Both the position numbers and the translations under genes were made by a program. From Candidatus Hermodarchaeota archaeon (GTDB taxonomy: Archaea; Asgardarchaeota; Heimdallarchaeia; Hodarchaeales; Hodarchaeaceae): a stretch of 32,000 bases of DNA. Under the pieces are notes generated by a model. That model saw nothing but the letters and a program-made list of their open reading frames with translations. It was not told the DNA's origin and did no database searches. The stretch is from NCBI GenBank assembly GCA_048886185.1, contig JBHLKY010000009.1, positions 90,001 to 122,000 on the forward strand, written 5' to 3'. Position 1 is the first letter of the stretch, and each line of letters begins with the position of its first letter. Below, one piece after another: positions 1-9,133 of this stretch.

Positions 1-2
1 AT

Positions 3-3000
3 TTTCCAGAACCAAATTATAATTTCGATGCTGAAGTTCAATGGGTATCTGCTGATTTTACGAAATCAAATGCTACACTGGCTATCTATACTGGTAATTT
101 AGGAATAGAGGCATTAAAAGTTGATGTGTGGAATGGATCATGGAATACGATTATTCCTAACCTGGTAGCCAATTCATGGAATAATATTAGCGTAGTGAAT
201 TATTTAACAACTTCAACTTTCACTATTAGATTCAAAGGTACGAATGAAAGCTCAGATACAACCCAGGATCAATGGAATATTGATGTGACACTACTCCACA
301 CTTGGGATAATGATGAAACTCCTCCAATGATAAATGATTTTTTCGTTGATGATCTAGGTACAGGTATCGGAATTTTTTGGGCGAATGTCACAGATTCTCA
401 ATCTGAGGTTGCAGAAGTAGATCTTGAAGTAAATTCAGTTGAATATTCTATGAACTATAATGGATCTTTATGGGTCAAACAAATCTCAGTCAATTATGGC
501 CAATATTATGAATTCCAAGTCATAAACGCTTCAGACTCAGAAAACTATATTCTCTCTCCCTCCGAAATAAGAAATCACACATTTGACTATGATTCCACAA
601 TTCCAACGGTTGAAAATTGGGAATATTATCCAAATATTGGTATTAATGGAACTTTTAAAGCGAATGTCTCTGATACTTGGGGTGAAATAGACACTGTTCT
701 TGTGAATGTTACAGAGGTTGATGGGATTCCTCGTAATGATTTATGGGCGATAATGGGTTTAACAGCCTCGGGTTACATCAACAATACACTTTTTTTGAAT
801 AAGAATAAAGTATTCAACTTTACTATCTTTGTTAATGATACTTCAGGAAATTCATATACATCATTAAAGCATACTGGAAGTGGTCCCAACCATCCTCCAC
901 AAGCATCTAATCTCTCTCTAACAATCGATCCAAGAACTAATGAATCTTTAATAGCAAATTGGACATTCTCCGATGTAGATGGAGACGATGAGCCTTTGAA
1001 TAGTTGGATTATACGCTGGTATAAATCTGGAGTACTTCAGGACTTATATAATAACCTAAAGATAATTCCCTCTACAGCAACTTCAAAAGGAGAAATATGG
1101 AATTATACACTTCAGGTATCTGATGGAGACAAGTACTCACTTCAATACAATTCACCGCCTACAACTATTATTAACACCCCTCCTGAAGCAATTAATGTAA
1201 CAATTACTTCTAAACCAACAAGTAGTGATGAATTAGTAGCAGGATGGACCGCGAGCGATATAGATGGGGATAATCCAGATAATTATCTACATGTTACCAT
1301 AATCAGATGGTATCTTTGGACTGGAAGTTGGACTGAAATTCCGGGATTAATGAACTCTACTTATGTTACAGCAGGTAATTTAACACGGAGTCAAACTTAT
1401 CGCTTTAAATTAGAGCTTTTTGATGGAGAGGAGTACTCGAAGGTCTATATTTCTCCAAATACGACAATATTAAACTCATTGCCAATTTTAACGGCTACAC
1501 CGACTTTTAATAAAACTACAGATATATTTCCAACAGATAATATAAATATCACATACTCATATAGTGATCCAGATGGCGATCTAGAAGAGACTACTCAACG
1601 AATTGTGTTATGGTATTGGAATGGTGAACTAAATTCGTCAAAAACAAATAATGTGACTTTATTAAGCTCTGAGACATCCTCGGGAGAGACTTGGCAATAT
1701 CGACTACAAGTTTATGACGGATTCAATTATAGCATAATTTACACATCAATTTTAATTTCAATTGGTGCTTATACAAATAATATACCTGAAGTTCAGAATA
1801 TTACATTAACTGGGGGGATAAATACAACCACTGTCGATCTTGTTGCCAGTTATGATTTTTTTGATCTTGATGGGCATCAAGAAGTTGAAAAAGAAATAAT
1901 TTGGTTTATGAATGGTGATATACAACCTGATCACAATAACTCATTGATAATTGGTTCTAGCTTCACAGTTAAAGGTCAAATTTGGAATTTCACCATCAAA
2001 GTTTTTGATGGTTTAAATTGGTCTTCCCAATATGTGTCTAATGAATTGATTATTCAGAATTCTATACCAAAAGTCACTGATATCCAAATTACATCAAATA
2101 CGACAACTATCCATAATTTAACCATTACTTGGGATATTTTTGATGCTGATAATGATGATGAAGATAGCTTTAACCTTAGATGGTATATCAATAATATTTA
2201 CAATAGTTCTTTTGATGATTTATCAGAAATCTCTTCATTAAACACAAAAAAAGGAGAAGAATGGATCTGTTCAATAAGAATATATGATAGCGAAAATTAT
2301 TCAATATGGTATAATTCTTCTACAACTCACATTTTGAATACACCCCCTCTAATCCAAGATTTAGAGCTAACAGGCGGTGAGAATACAAGTCAAAACATTA
2401 TTTTGAATTATGAATTCATTGATGACGATAATGATTCAGAAAACGTTGCAATTAATTGGTTTTACATAGATGGGTCGATTATACCTGGTGAGACTGGTGT
2501 TGAACTCCCCAATACCTATTTTGTTGCAGGAAATATTCTATACGCCCAAATAATTCCGAATGATGGTGAAGTTTCAGGAAATATTTATCGAACCGAATAT
2601 ATCCAGATAGGGAACGCAATTCCCCAAATTATCGGCAGTCCAGAGATTCTGGGCTTCAATGGAAGCTCTATCTATTTTGCTGCGGTACCTCTTTATGTGA
2701 ATTATACAGCAGAAGATTTAGACAGCCCAATTTATATTTATGATATAGAAATCGATGAAAACGGACTTGTATCTAATTCGAATTATAAGTGGTATAAGGA
2801 TGGAGACATTGTGAGTGAATTAACTGGCCCAACTGTACCAACTTATTACTTGTCCAAAGGCGATACTTGGATAGTAAGTGTCCAAATAAAAGATAGGTTC
2901 AATGATGTTAGTTTTTGGAAAAATTCTTCAACAATAGTGATTGGGAATACACCTCCTGAAATTGGATCATTTACTTGGTCAACAAGTTCCCCAACTGTAC

Positions 3001-5471
3001 AAAATGATTTGTCCTTTTCATATACTTATTATGACCTTGATTCTGATTCCGAAAGTAAAAGTCAAGTCATAATTTTTTGGTACAAGAATGGAACAGAAAT
3101 AGCACGGAATCAAAGTACCTTATCTAGTTTCCTATTTAATAGAGGAGATGAGATTAACGTTTCAATTCGTGTATCGGATGGAGAAGACTACAGTCTCTTT
3201 TACAATTCAACAACAGTCATTGTGGTTAATGCAATTCCTGAAGCTTATAACCTTGCTATTACACCGAGTAATCCTTATACTTATGATACATTAGCATTAG
3301 ATTATGATTTCATAGATTATGATAATGACAATGAAAGCTCTGAATGGATTATTCATTGGGTTCGAAATGGGCTTCCTGTTTCTGAATTTGTAAATAAGAC
3401 AAAGGTAAATGCTTCTTATACTTCAGCAGGTGAAGTATGGTTTGCTTACCTAACAGTATTCGACTCTCTAGATTATAGTCAAGAGTATACCGTGCCTTAT
3501 AAGATCATTTTGAATTCAGCCCCCCGAATATTAAGTGTTTCTATCAATGAGAACACTAATACTAGCTACGCAGATTCTAATCTGTTTTTAAATCCGAATG
3601 AAGATATAACATTCTATGATCCCGATCTGGATCCAATATTAGGGTATACAATTACTTGGGTAAGAAATTATACATTTCAGCCAATTTATACAGATCAAAC
3701 TACAATTTTGAATTCTGAACTTAGTAAAGGAGACGTATGGTTTGTTATTGTGAGAGTATTTGACGGAAAAGACTGGTCGAGTAATCAATCGTCTCAAGAA
3801 GTATTTATTATTAATAAATCCCCCGAAGTTCTTGATTTGAGGGTTATAAATACGGCTTTTTCTGATTTCTTACTTGAAAATGAAAACATTGTGTTAGCTT
3901 ATACGTTTCTAGATATAGATTATGACACAGACAGCTCAGTAATTAACTGGTATCGCAATCAAACTTTACTCCCTGAGTATTCTAATTTGACAGTAATCCC
4001 AGCCAGTGCAACCTCTCCGGGAGATATTTGGTATGTTGAAATTCAGCCATATGATGGTGAATCATTTGGTACTCAAATGAACATTTCAATGCATATAGAA
4101 AGCCATCCAATGATTAATGAGATCAGTATTGAAATTAATTTAGATAAAGAAGGTCATTATACTTTCTTGATTAATGTTACAGATCCGAGAAATCCGATTT
4201 CAGAAACCATTTTGATTTTCAGCTTCCAGAATGATACATTAGAACAAACGAAATGGGCTGAATTCAATGGTTCAGAATGGATCTTAGATTATGAACTAGA
4301 AAACTATTCTCTTCTAGGAAATTTAGTAAAGATAGAAGTAATAGCGATTTCAGAAGTCTATTATTCAACTAGGTTTGAAATATCTTCATCGAGTATTTTT
4401 TACTATGAAATGGAAGATAATGTTGCTCCTCGTGTAATAGACGCATTTTTCGAAAAAGATGATGAGTCGAATCCGAGATATTTAACTTTTTATACGCAAA
4501 TTGAAGAATTTGGAATAGGTGTTGATGAAGTCATTCTTTATTACTATTTTCAACCTTACACTGAGGGAAGTGGAGCCAGTAATACTAACTGGCTCAGTTC
4601 TTCAATGATTTTTCAAAATAGAAGTATTATGGATGGTTTAGAGTACTGGGCAGTAGTAGTAGATTTTAATCATAACAACTCTAATTTTGAAATTCTTTAT
4701 TATATTTCAACCTCCGATCTTTCTGGAAACAAAAATGCACTTGCGTTTGATATAAGAGATTTTCCTCAACGTATCAGTGAGAATAGATTTATTTATAAAT
4801 CTCCTGGATTACCAGAATGGCTAGTAATTCTCTCATTTATTTTGGTGTTCTGCATTTTAATTGGATCTGTTGCCTACATTAAGTTCATCCGTAAGCCTGA
4901 ACTCGTTGGTTTTGATAAAAAAGTAGTAATGAAAAATGTTACCAAAATAAGTCATGAAGAAGTAATAGCTTCTATGGATCTTCATACACTTGGAATTGTT
5001 CTTTCTTATTTTGACCAGAGATCGGGACCCCTTCCCTTAATTGTAATTCCAGATCTATTACAAGATAATATAGCACCTTTAATAGCACTTTCAGATCGTT
5101 CATTCAACAGTTGTGGTTTTGCCAGTGATTTCACCTCTAAAACCTTTTCAAGTTTTGATTACTCTTTGGAAAGCCTTATACGCGTAAATTCAATGTCCTA
5201 TGGTTATTCAATAGAAAATCCAGAAGCAAGAGGGGGAGCTGAGCATTTTACTGTGAATATTCTCGTTGTTCCTGAAATATTTCCATTAATCAATCAATTC
5301 AAGGAAGAACTACAGGATTCTGTTCATGACATCCACATGTTGATGACAATTGAACCTGAAAATAAGAGTGGAATCTTATCATCGGTCGTTAATCTTAGGG
5401 AAAAAGTCTCATATATTGTTTTATCCTATAAGGACATTTATCAAACTACCGAGTTGATCGAGGAAGGATGA
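3..5471 (+). CDS. Giant single-pass cell-surface glycoprotein (5'-partial): beta-rich extracellular domains, 11 Ig/cadherin-like repeats, TM helix, cytoplasmic longin/uDENN-like domain
   Basis: The frame is open from base 3 (FPEPNYNFDAEVQW...), so the GTG at 126 is internal and the true start lies upstream of the window. Many N-x-S/T sequons, N-x-x-P...DxDGD...W repeats, hydrophobic LVILSFILVFCILIGSVAYI followed by KFIRK, then a ~190-aa tail. Confidence 0.9.
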   Translation, partial: FPEPNYNFDAEVQWVSADFTKSNATLAIYTGNLGIEALKVDVWNGSWNTIIPNLVANSWNNISVVNYLTTSTFTIRFKGTNESSDTTQDQWNIDVTLLHTWDNDETPPMINDFFVDDLGTGIGIFWANVTDSQSEVAEVDLEVNSVEYSMNYNGSLWVKQISVNYGQYYEFQVINASDSENYILSPSEIRNHTFDYDSTIPTVENWEYYPNIGINGTFKANVSDTWGEIDTVLVNVTEVDGIPRNDLWAIMGLTASGYINNTLFLNKNKVFNFTIFVNDTSGNSYTSLKHTGSGPNHPPQASNLSLTIDPRTNESLIANWTFSDVDGDDEPLNSWIIRWYKSGVLQDLYNNLKIIPSTATSKGEIWNYTLQVSDGDKYSLQYNSPPTTIINTPPEAINVTITSKPTSSDELVAGWTASDIDGDNPDNYLHVTIIRWYLWTGSWTEIPGLMNSTYVTAGNLTRSQTYRFKLELFDGEEYSKVYISPNTTILNSLPILTATPTFNKTTDIFPTDNINITYSYSDPDGDLEETTQRIVLWYWNGELNSSKTNNVTLLSSETSSGETWQYRLQVYDGFNYSIIYTSILISIGAYTNNIPEVQNITLTGGINTTTVDLVASYDFFDLDGHQEVEKEIIWFMNGDIQPDHNNSLIIGSSFTVKGQIWNFTIKVFDGLNWSSQYVSNELIIQNSIPKVTDIQITSNTTTIHNLTITWDIFDADNDDEDSFNLRWYINNIYNSSFDDLSEISSLNTKKGEEWICSIRIYDSENYSIWYNSSTTHILNTPPLIQDLELTGGENTSQNIILNYEFIDDDNDSENVAINWFYIDGSIIPGETGVELPNTYFVAGNILYAQIIPNDGEVSGNIYRTEYIQIGNAIPQIIGSPEILGFNGSSIYFAAVPLYVNYTAEDLDSPIYIYDIEIDENGLVSNSNYKWYKDGDIVSELTGPTVPTYYLSKGDTWIVSVQIKDRFNDVSFWKNSSTIVIGNTPPEIGSFTWSTSSPTVQNDLSFSYTYYDLDSDSESKSQVIIFWYKNGTEIARNQSTLSSFLFNRGDEINVSIRVSDGEDYSLFYNSTTVIVVNAIPEAYNLAITPSNPYTYDTLALDYDFIDYDNDNESSEWIIHWVRNGLPVSEFVNKTKVNASYTSAGEVWFAYLTVFDSLDYSQEYTVPYKIILNSAPRILSVSINENTNTSYADSNLFLNPNEDITFYDPDLDPILGYTITWVRNYTFQPIYTDQTTILNSELSKGDVWFVIVRVFDGKDWSSNQSSQEVFIINKSPEVLDLRVINTAFSDFLLENENIVLAYTFLDIDYDTDSSVINWYRNQTLLPEYSNLTVIPASATSPGDIWYVEIQPYDGESFGTQMNISMHIESHPMINEISIEINLDKEGHYTFLINVTDPRNPISETILIFSFQNDTLEQTKWAEFNGSEWILDYELENYSLLGNLVKIEVIAISEVYYSTRFEISSSSIFYYEMEDNVAPRVIDAFFEKDDESNPRYLTFYTQIEEFGIGVDEVILYYYFQPYTEGSGASNTNWLSSSMIFQNRSIMDGLEYWAVVVDFNHNNSNFEILYYISTSDLSGNKNALAFDIRDFPQRISENRFIYKSPGLPEWLVILSFILVFCILIGSVAYIKFIRKPELVGFDKKVVMKNVTKISHEEVIASMDLHTLGIVLSYFDQRSGPLPLIVIPDLLQDNIAPLIALSDRSFNSCGFASDFTSKTFSSFDYSLESLIRVNSMSYGYSIENPEARGGAEHFTVNILVVPEIFPLINQFKEELQDSVHDIHMLMTIEPENKSGILSSVVNLREKVSYIVLSYKDIYQTTELIEEG
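888..4097 (+). repeat. 11 tandem ~92-111 aa Ig/cadherin-like protein repeats
   Basis: Units start NHPP, NTPP, NSLP, NNIP, NSIP, NTPP, NAIP, NTPP, NAIP, NSAP, NKSP. Each has a D-x-D-(G/N/S)-D-like motif, an I-x-W-Y/F strand, a (K/S)G(E/D)xW motif and a (V/I)xDG..(Y/W)S hairpin. Confidence 0.85.
4821..4880 (+). other. Transmembrane helix of the giant surface protein
   Basis: 20 hydrophobic residues LVILSFILVFCILIGSVAYI followed by basic KFIRK (positive-inside rule). Confidence 0.85.
4989..5468 (+). other. Cytoplasmic longin/uDENN-like domain
   Basis: LGIVLSYFDQRSGPLPLIVIP resembles the uDENN first beta-hairpin (hhhxxFDxxxGPxxxxxxP). ENPEARGGAEHFTVNILV resembles the DxxARG(F)xRxxxhxh motif of folliculin/SMCR8 uDENN. 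Recognised by eye only. Confidence 0.6.
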
Positions 5472-5758
5472 TTTTATCATATTCACAAATTCGAATTATT
5501 CTTGAATTCAAAATAGAGAAACTATTCATGAGAAATATGTTGGGTTTTATCAATATAGTAAGAAAACTCATTTATAAGGAAATTTGAGGCATAGTAAATA
5601 TCCTCCTCAAAGCTATTATGAATGCTAATGGGTATAAGATTTCTTCTGCAAATGGATTCTATTTTTATTATTATTGTTTTTGCAAAGATCAGGTTTGATA
5701 ACTTTCTTCCTCCGTTTGTATGAATGATTTCTTTTTACTTAAGCACCCTTTCATCCAA

Positions 5759-5786
5759 TTCATCATGATAGAATTTTTATGATGAA
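5759..5786. promoter_or_regulatory. Perfect 8-bp inverted repeat TTCATCAT-N12-ATGATGAA flanking a TATA-like TTTTTAT, upstream of oah
   Basis: Read directly at 5759-5766 and 5779-5786, 42 nt before the oah ATG. A regulatory role is inferred. Confidence 0.35.
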
Positions 5787-5828
5787 ACAAATTTCTTCAT
5801 CCTTACCTTAATAACAATCTTTGGACGG

Positions 5829-6938
5829 ATGAATATCTTGAAGAATCACGATCTTTGGAAGAATGAACATTTTGGGACTGAACCTCCCTGTATAACATAT
5901 GAACTGAAACCATTGCTTACTCCTCAAGGGGAGATAATCGAAGAGCTTTATTCTGCTTGGATTATACTTAATAATCCTGCCCAATTAAATTCTTATAACA
6001 CAGAAATGGTTAAAGGGGTCATTGCAGGATTTTCTCGAGCGTCAATGGATCGAAGTGTAGTTGCTGTTGTTTTTACTGGTGCTGGGGATCGAGCTTTTTG
6101 TAGTGGTGGAAATACAAAAGAATACGCGGAATATTACTCTAGTAAACCAAATGAGTATGGATTGTATATGGATCTCTTTAATGCAATGGTTGATGCGATA
6201 CTAAACTGTAAAAAACCAGTTATCTGTAGAGCTAATGGTATGAGAATTGCAGGAGGACAGGAGATAGGAATGGCTGCTGATCTGACAATTTCTGCGGACA
6301 CTGCGATTTTTGGTCAAGCTGGACCACGTCACGGTTCTGCTCCAGATGGTGGGTCTACTGATTTTCTTCCATGGTTTTTAGGTATTGAAGATGCAATGTA
6401 TAACTGTGTTTCCTGTGAAATGTGGAGTGCGTACAAGATGAAAAGGCTTGGTTTGATCACAAAAGTTGTACCAGTACTTAAAAACAATAATGGTGATTTT
6501 ATCCGAAATCCTACAGTCTATACTGATAAATACGTCAAGAATGGCGATATTGTTTATGGAGAATTCTTAACTGGCCAAGAGTTTAAAGAAGGAAGAGAAG
6601 TTATGAAAAACTGTAAAATCGATTTAACTCCTTTAGATAAAGCTGTGAATGATGTAATTTGGAATTTTACAAATTTATTTCCAGGGTGCTTAATGAAGTC
6701 TATTGATGGCATTCGAATGAAAAAGAAATTCTTTTGGGATCAAACAAAGCTTGCAAATCGTCATTGGTTATCAGTTAACATGATGACCGAAGCTTTATTA
6801 GGATTTAGGGCTTTTAATGAAAGAAAACAAACTGGAAAAGATGTGATTGACTTCATAAAATACAGAAAACTTATAGCTAAAGCACACCCATTTAATCAAG
6901 ATCTTGTTGATGCTGTTCTCCCTAAAACCAAGGAATGA
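5829..6938 (+). CDS. oah: 6-oxocyclohex-1-ene-1-carbonyl-CoA hydrolase (ring-opening, benzoyl-CoA pathway; crotonase fold)
   Basis: Long (369 aa) crotonase with Oah/BamA-typical segments: LYSAWIILNNPAQLNSY, AFCSGGNTKEYAEYY, GMRIAGGQEIGMAAD, QAGPRHGSAPDGGSTDFLP, CEMWSAYK, NMMTEA, GFRAFN. Confidence 0.88.
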   Translation: MNILKNHDLWKNEHFGTEPPCITYELKPLLTPQGEIIEELYSAWIILNNPAQLNSYNTEMVKGVIAGFSRASMDRSVVAVVFTGAGDRAFCSGGNTKEYAEYYSSKPNEYGLYMDLFNAMVDAILNCKKPVICRANGMRIAGGQEIGMAADLTISADTAIFGQAGPRHGSAPDGGSTDFLPWFLGIEDAMYNCVSCEMWSAYKMKRLGLITKVVPVLKNNNGDFIRNPTVYTDKYVKNGDIVYGEFLTGQEFKEGREVMKNCKIDLTPLDKAVNDVIWNFTNLFPGCLMKSIDGIRMKKKFFWDQTKLANRHWLSVNMMTEALLGFRAFNERKQTGKDVIDFIKYRKLIAKAHPFNQDLVDAVLPKTKE

Positions 6939-6944
6939 TGTGAA

Positions 6945-8153
6945 ATGAGATTTCAAAATACATACATACCTTATGGTTGTTACTGGTCTACGCCCTTCGT
7001 TCGTTGGCAAGGTAGCTTCTCCAGCTTAAATGCTGTTCCTTTTGCAGCTGAAATGACAATCAAGGCTTTAAAAGCACGTAATATTTCTCCTGGTTCATTT
7101 GATTCACTTTATCTTGGAATTACAATACCACAGAAGCATAGTTTTTATGGTCAAACGTGGTTTGCAGGTTTGATCGGAGCTCCCGAGATTACTGGACCTA
7201 TGATTGCCCAAGCTTGTGCAACTTCTGCTCGAATCATCGGTAATGCTTCTTCCGAGATCGAAGCTAGTAGTCCAAGGCATCGATCTATCCTAGCTGTGAC
7301 TTGTGATCGCACTAGTAATGGGCCTCACATACTATATCCCAATCCTCTTGCCCCAGGTGGTAAAGCTGACATAGAAAACTGGGTCTGGGATAACTTTGGT
7401 TATGATCCATATGCCAGAAATCCAATGATACAAACAGCAGAAAATGTTGCTAAAGAAGCAGGAATCACTAGGGAAGAGCAGGAAGAAATCGTTCTATTAC
7501 GCTATAATCAGTATAACGATGCCTTAGACAACAACTCATCTTTCCTTCGTAAATTTATGATTTCACCTATTGAAGTAAAATCCGGGAAGAAGACTATTGC
7601 AACTGTTGAGGGTGATGAAGGAGTTTTCCCTACTACTGCAGAAGGTCTTGCAAAGTTAGTACCTGTTCTCAAGGAGGGAACAGTAACGTATGGAGCTCAA
7701 ACACACCCATCTGACGGTAATGCTGGTATGATCTTAACATCAAGAGAGAAAGCTCAAAAAATCAGTCTTAACAAAGATTTTGAGATCCGAATCTTATCTT
7801 TTGGCCAAGCTCGAAGTAAAAAAGGATTTATGCCTATGGCACCAGTCCCCGCAGCTAGAAATGCCTTGGAATCGGCACAGATCTCAATTGAAGACATTAG
7901 CTGCGTTAAAATGCACAATCCATTTGCTGTGAATGATGTATACTTCAGTCAAGAAATGGGAATAGCTAAAGAAGATATTAACAATTTTGGTTCTTCTCTT
8001 GTTTGGGGTCACCCTCAAGCACCAACTGGCATGCGTCTGATTATTGAACTTATTGAAGAGCTTGCTTTAAAGAACGGAGGCTATGGGCTCTTTACAGGGT
8101 GTTCTGCTGGTGATTCCGCAGCCTCAATGGTTATTGAAGTCAGTAAGGTTTAA
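6945..8153 (+). CDS. Thiolase (acetyl-CoA C-acyltransferase), probably 3-oxoacyl/3-oxopimeloyl-CoA type
   Basis: QACATS (nucleophilic Cys), HNPF in place of the NEAF motif, VWGHPQAPTG, C-terminal GCSAG. Begins 6 nt after the oah stop. Confidence 0.88.
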   Translation: MRFQNTYIPYGCYWSTPFVRWQGSFSSLNAVPFAAEMTIKALKARNISPGSFDSLYLGITIPQKHSFYGQTWFAGLIGAPEITGPMIAQACATSARIIGNASSEIEASSPRHRSILAVTCDRTSNGPHILYPNPLAPGGKADIENWVWDNFGYDPYARNPMIQTAENVAKEAGITREEQEEIVLLRYNQYNDALDNNSSFLRKFMISPIEVKSGKKTIATVEGDEGVFPTTAEGLAKLVPVLKEGTVTYGAQTHPSDGNAGMILTSREKAQKISLNKDFEIRILSFGQARSKKGFMPMAPVPAARNALESAQISIEDISCVKMHNPFAVNDVYFSQEMGIAKEDINNFGSSLVWGHPQAPTGMRLIIELIEELALKNGGYGLFTGCSAGDSAASMVIEVSKV

Positions 8154-8209
8154 GTTAATCGAATAAATTTAAACAGGCCTTAGATCTGTCCAAATGGTTT
8201 TAATAAGAG

Positions 8210-9103
8210 TTACCTGAAAGAACGTGGTTCAGGTGGTTGTTTAGAGTAATCATAGAACCCTTTACCAGTTTTTCTACCAAAATGGCCCGCACGAACCATT
8301 TTTCGTAAAAGAGTTGGTGCTCTGTATTTTGAATCCTGAAACTCTCCATACATGTAATCAGCAATGAAAAGTGCTGTATCAAGTCCAACAAAATCCAACA
8401 ATGTTAAAGGCCCCATTGGATGGTTCAAACCTAAAGTTATTGCTTTATCAAGATCTTCAACAGTAGCTACACCTTCTTGAAGAGTGAAAATTGCTTCTAA
8501 TAAAAATGGAAGAAGAAGACGATTAACTGCGAAACCAGGAGCTTCATTAACGAGAACTGTTTCCTTACCAAGCTTTTTTGAAAGCTCATCAGTAAAAAGA
8601 TATGTCTCGTCGGAAGTATCATATCCTTTGATGATTTCAACTAAACGCATAACAGGGACTGGATTAAAGAAATGCATCCCTATGAACTTTTCAGGACGTT
8701 TTGTTGCAGAAGCCATATCTGTAATTGATATTGATGATGTATTTGAAGCAAAAATACACTCTGGTTTACAAATCTCGTCCAATTCGGCGAAAACTTCCCT
8801 TTTTAGATCTCTATTCTCGATAATTGCTTCAATAACAACATCAGCGTTATATGCAGCAGCTTTCAAGTCAGTAGTGCCTTTGATTCGATTAACAATCTGG
8901 TTCATCTCCTCTTGGGTCATCTTTCCTTTATTAACTCCTCGAGATAAATTCTTTTTAATATTATTCATTCCATTCTCTACAAAACGATCTTCAATGTCTC
9001 TTAATGCAACTTCAAAACCAGCTTGGGCACAAACCTGTGCAATACCGTTACCCATCAGGCCTGCACCCATTACACAAATTTTCTTTACATCTTCAACTTT
9101 CAT
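8210..9103 (-). CDS. hbd: 3-hydroxybutyryl/3-hydroxyacyl-CoA dehydrogenase
   Basis: GAGLMGNGIA Rossmann motif, VIEAIIEN, ASNTSS, GMHFFNP, GFAVNR, HPMGP, GRKTGKGFYDY. Confidence 0.92.
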   Translation of the reverse strand: MKVEDVKKICVMGAGLMGNGIAQVCAQAGFEVALRDIEDRFVENGMNNIKKNLSRGVNKGKMTQEEMNQIVNRIKGTTDLKAAAYNADVVIEAIIENRDLKREVFAELDEICKPECIFASNTSSISITDMASATKRPEKFIGMHFFNPVPVMRLVEIIKGYDTSDETYLFTDELSKKLGKETVLVNEAPGFAVNRLLLPFLLEAIFTLQEGVATVEDLDKAITLGLNHPMGPLTLLDFVGLDTALFIADYMYGEFQDSKYRAPTLLRKMVRAGHFGRKTGKGFYDYSKQPPEPRSFR

Positions 9104-9133
9104 ATTGAATGAACTTCCTAAATATGATATATA

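Noticed and set aside
5583-5611. TTTGAGG-N15-CCTCAAA inverted repeat, and TAATTCTA-TCT-TAGAATTA at 20197-20215
   Set aside because: Short isolated palindromes with no second copy and no clear positional logic.
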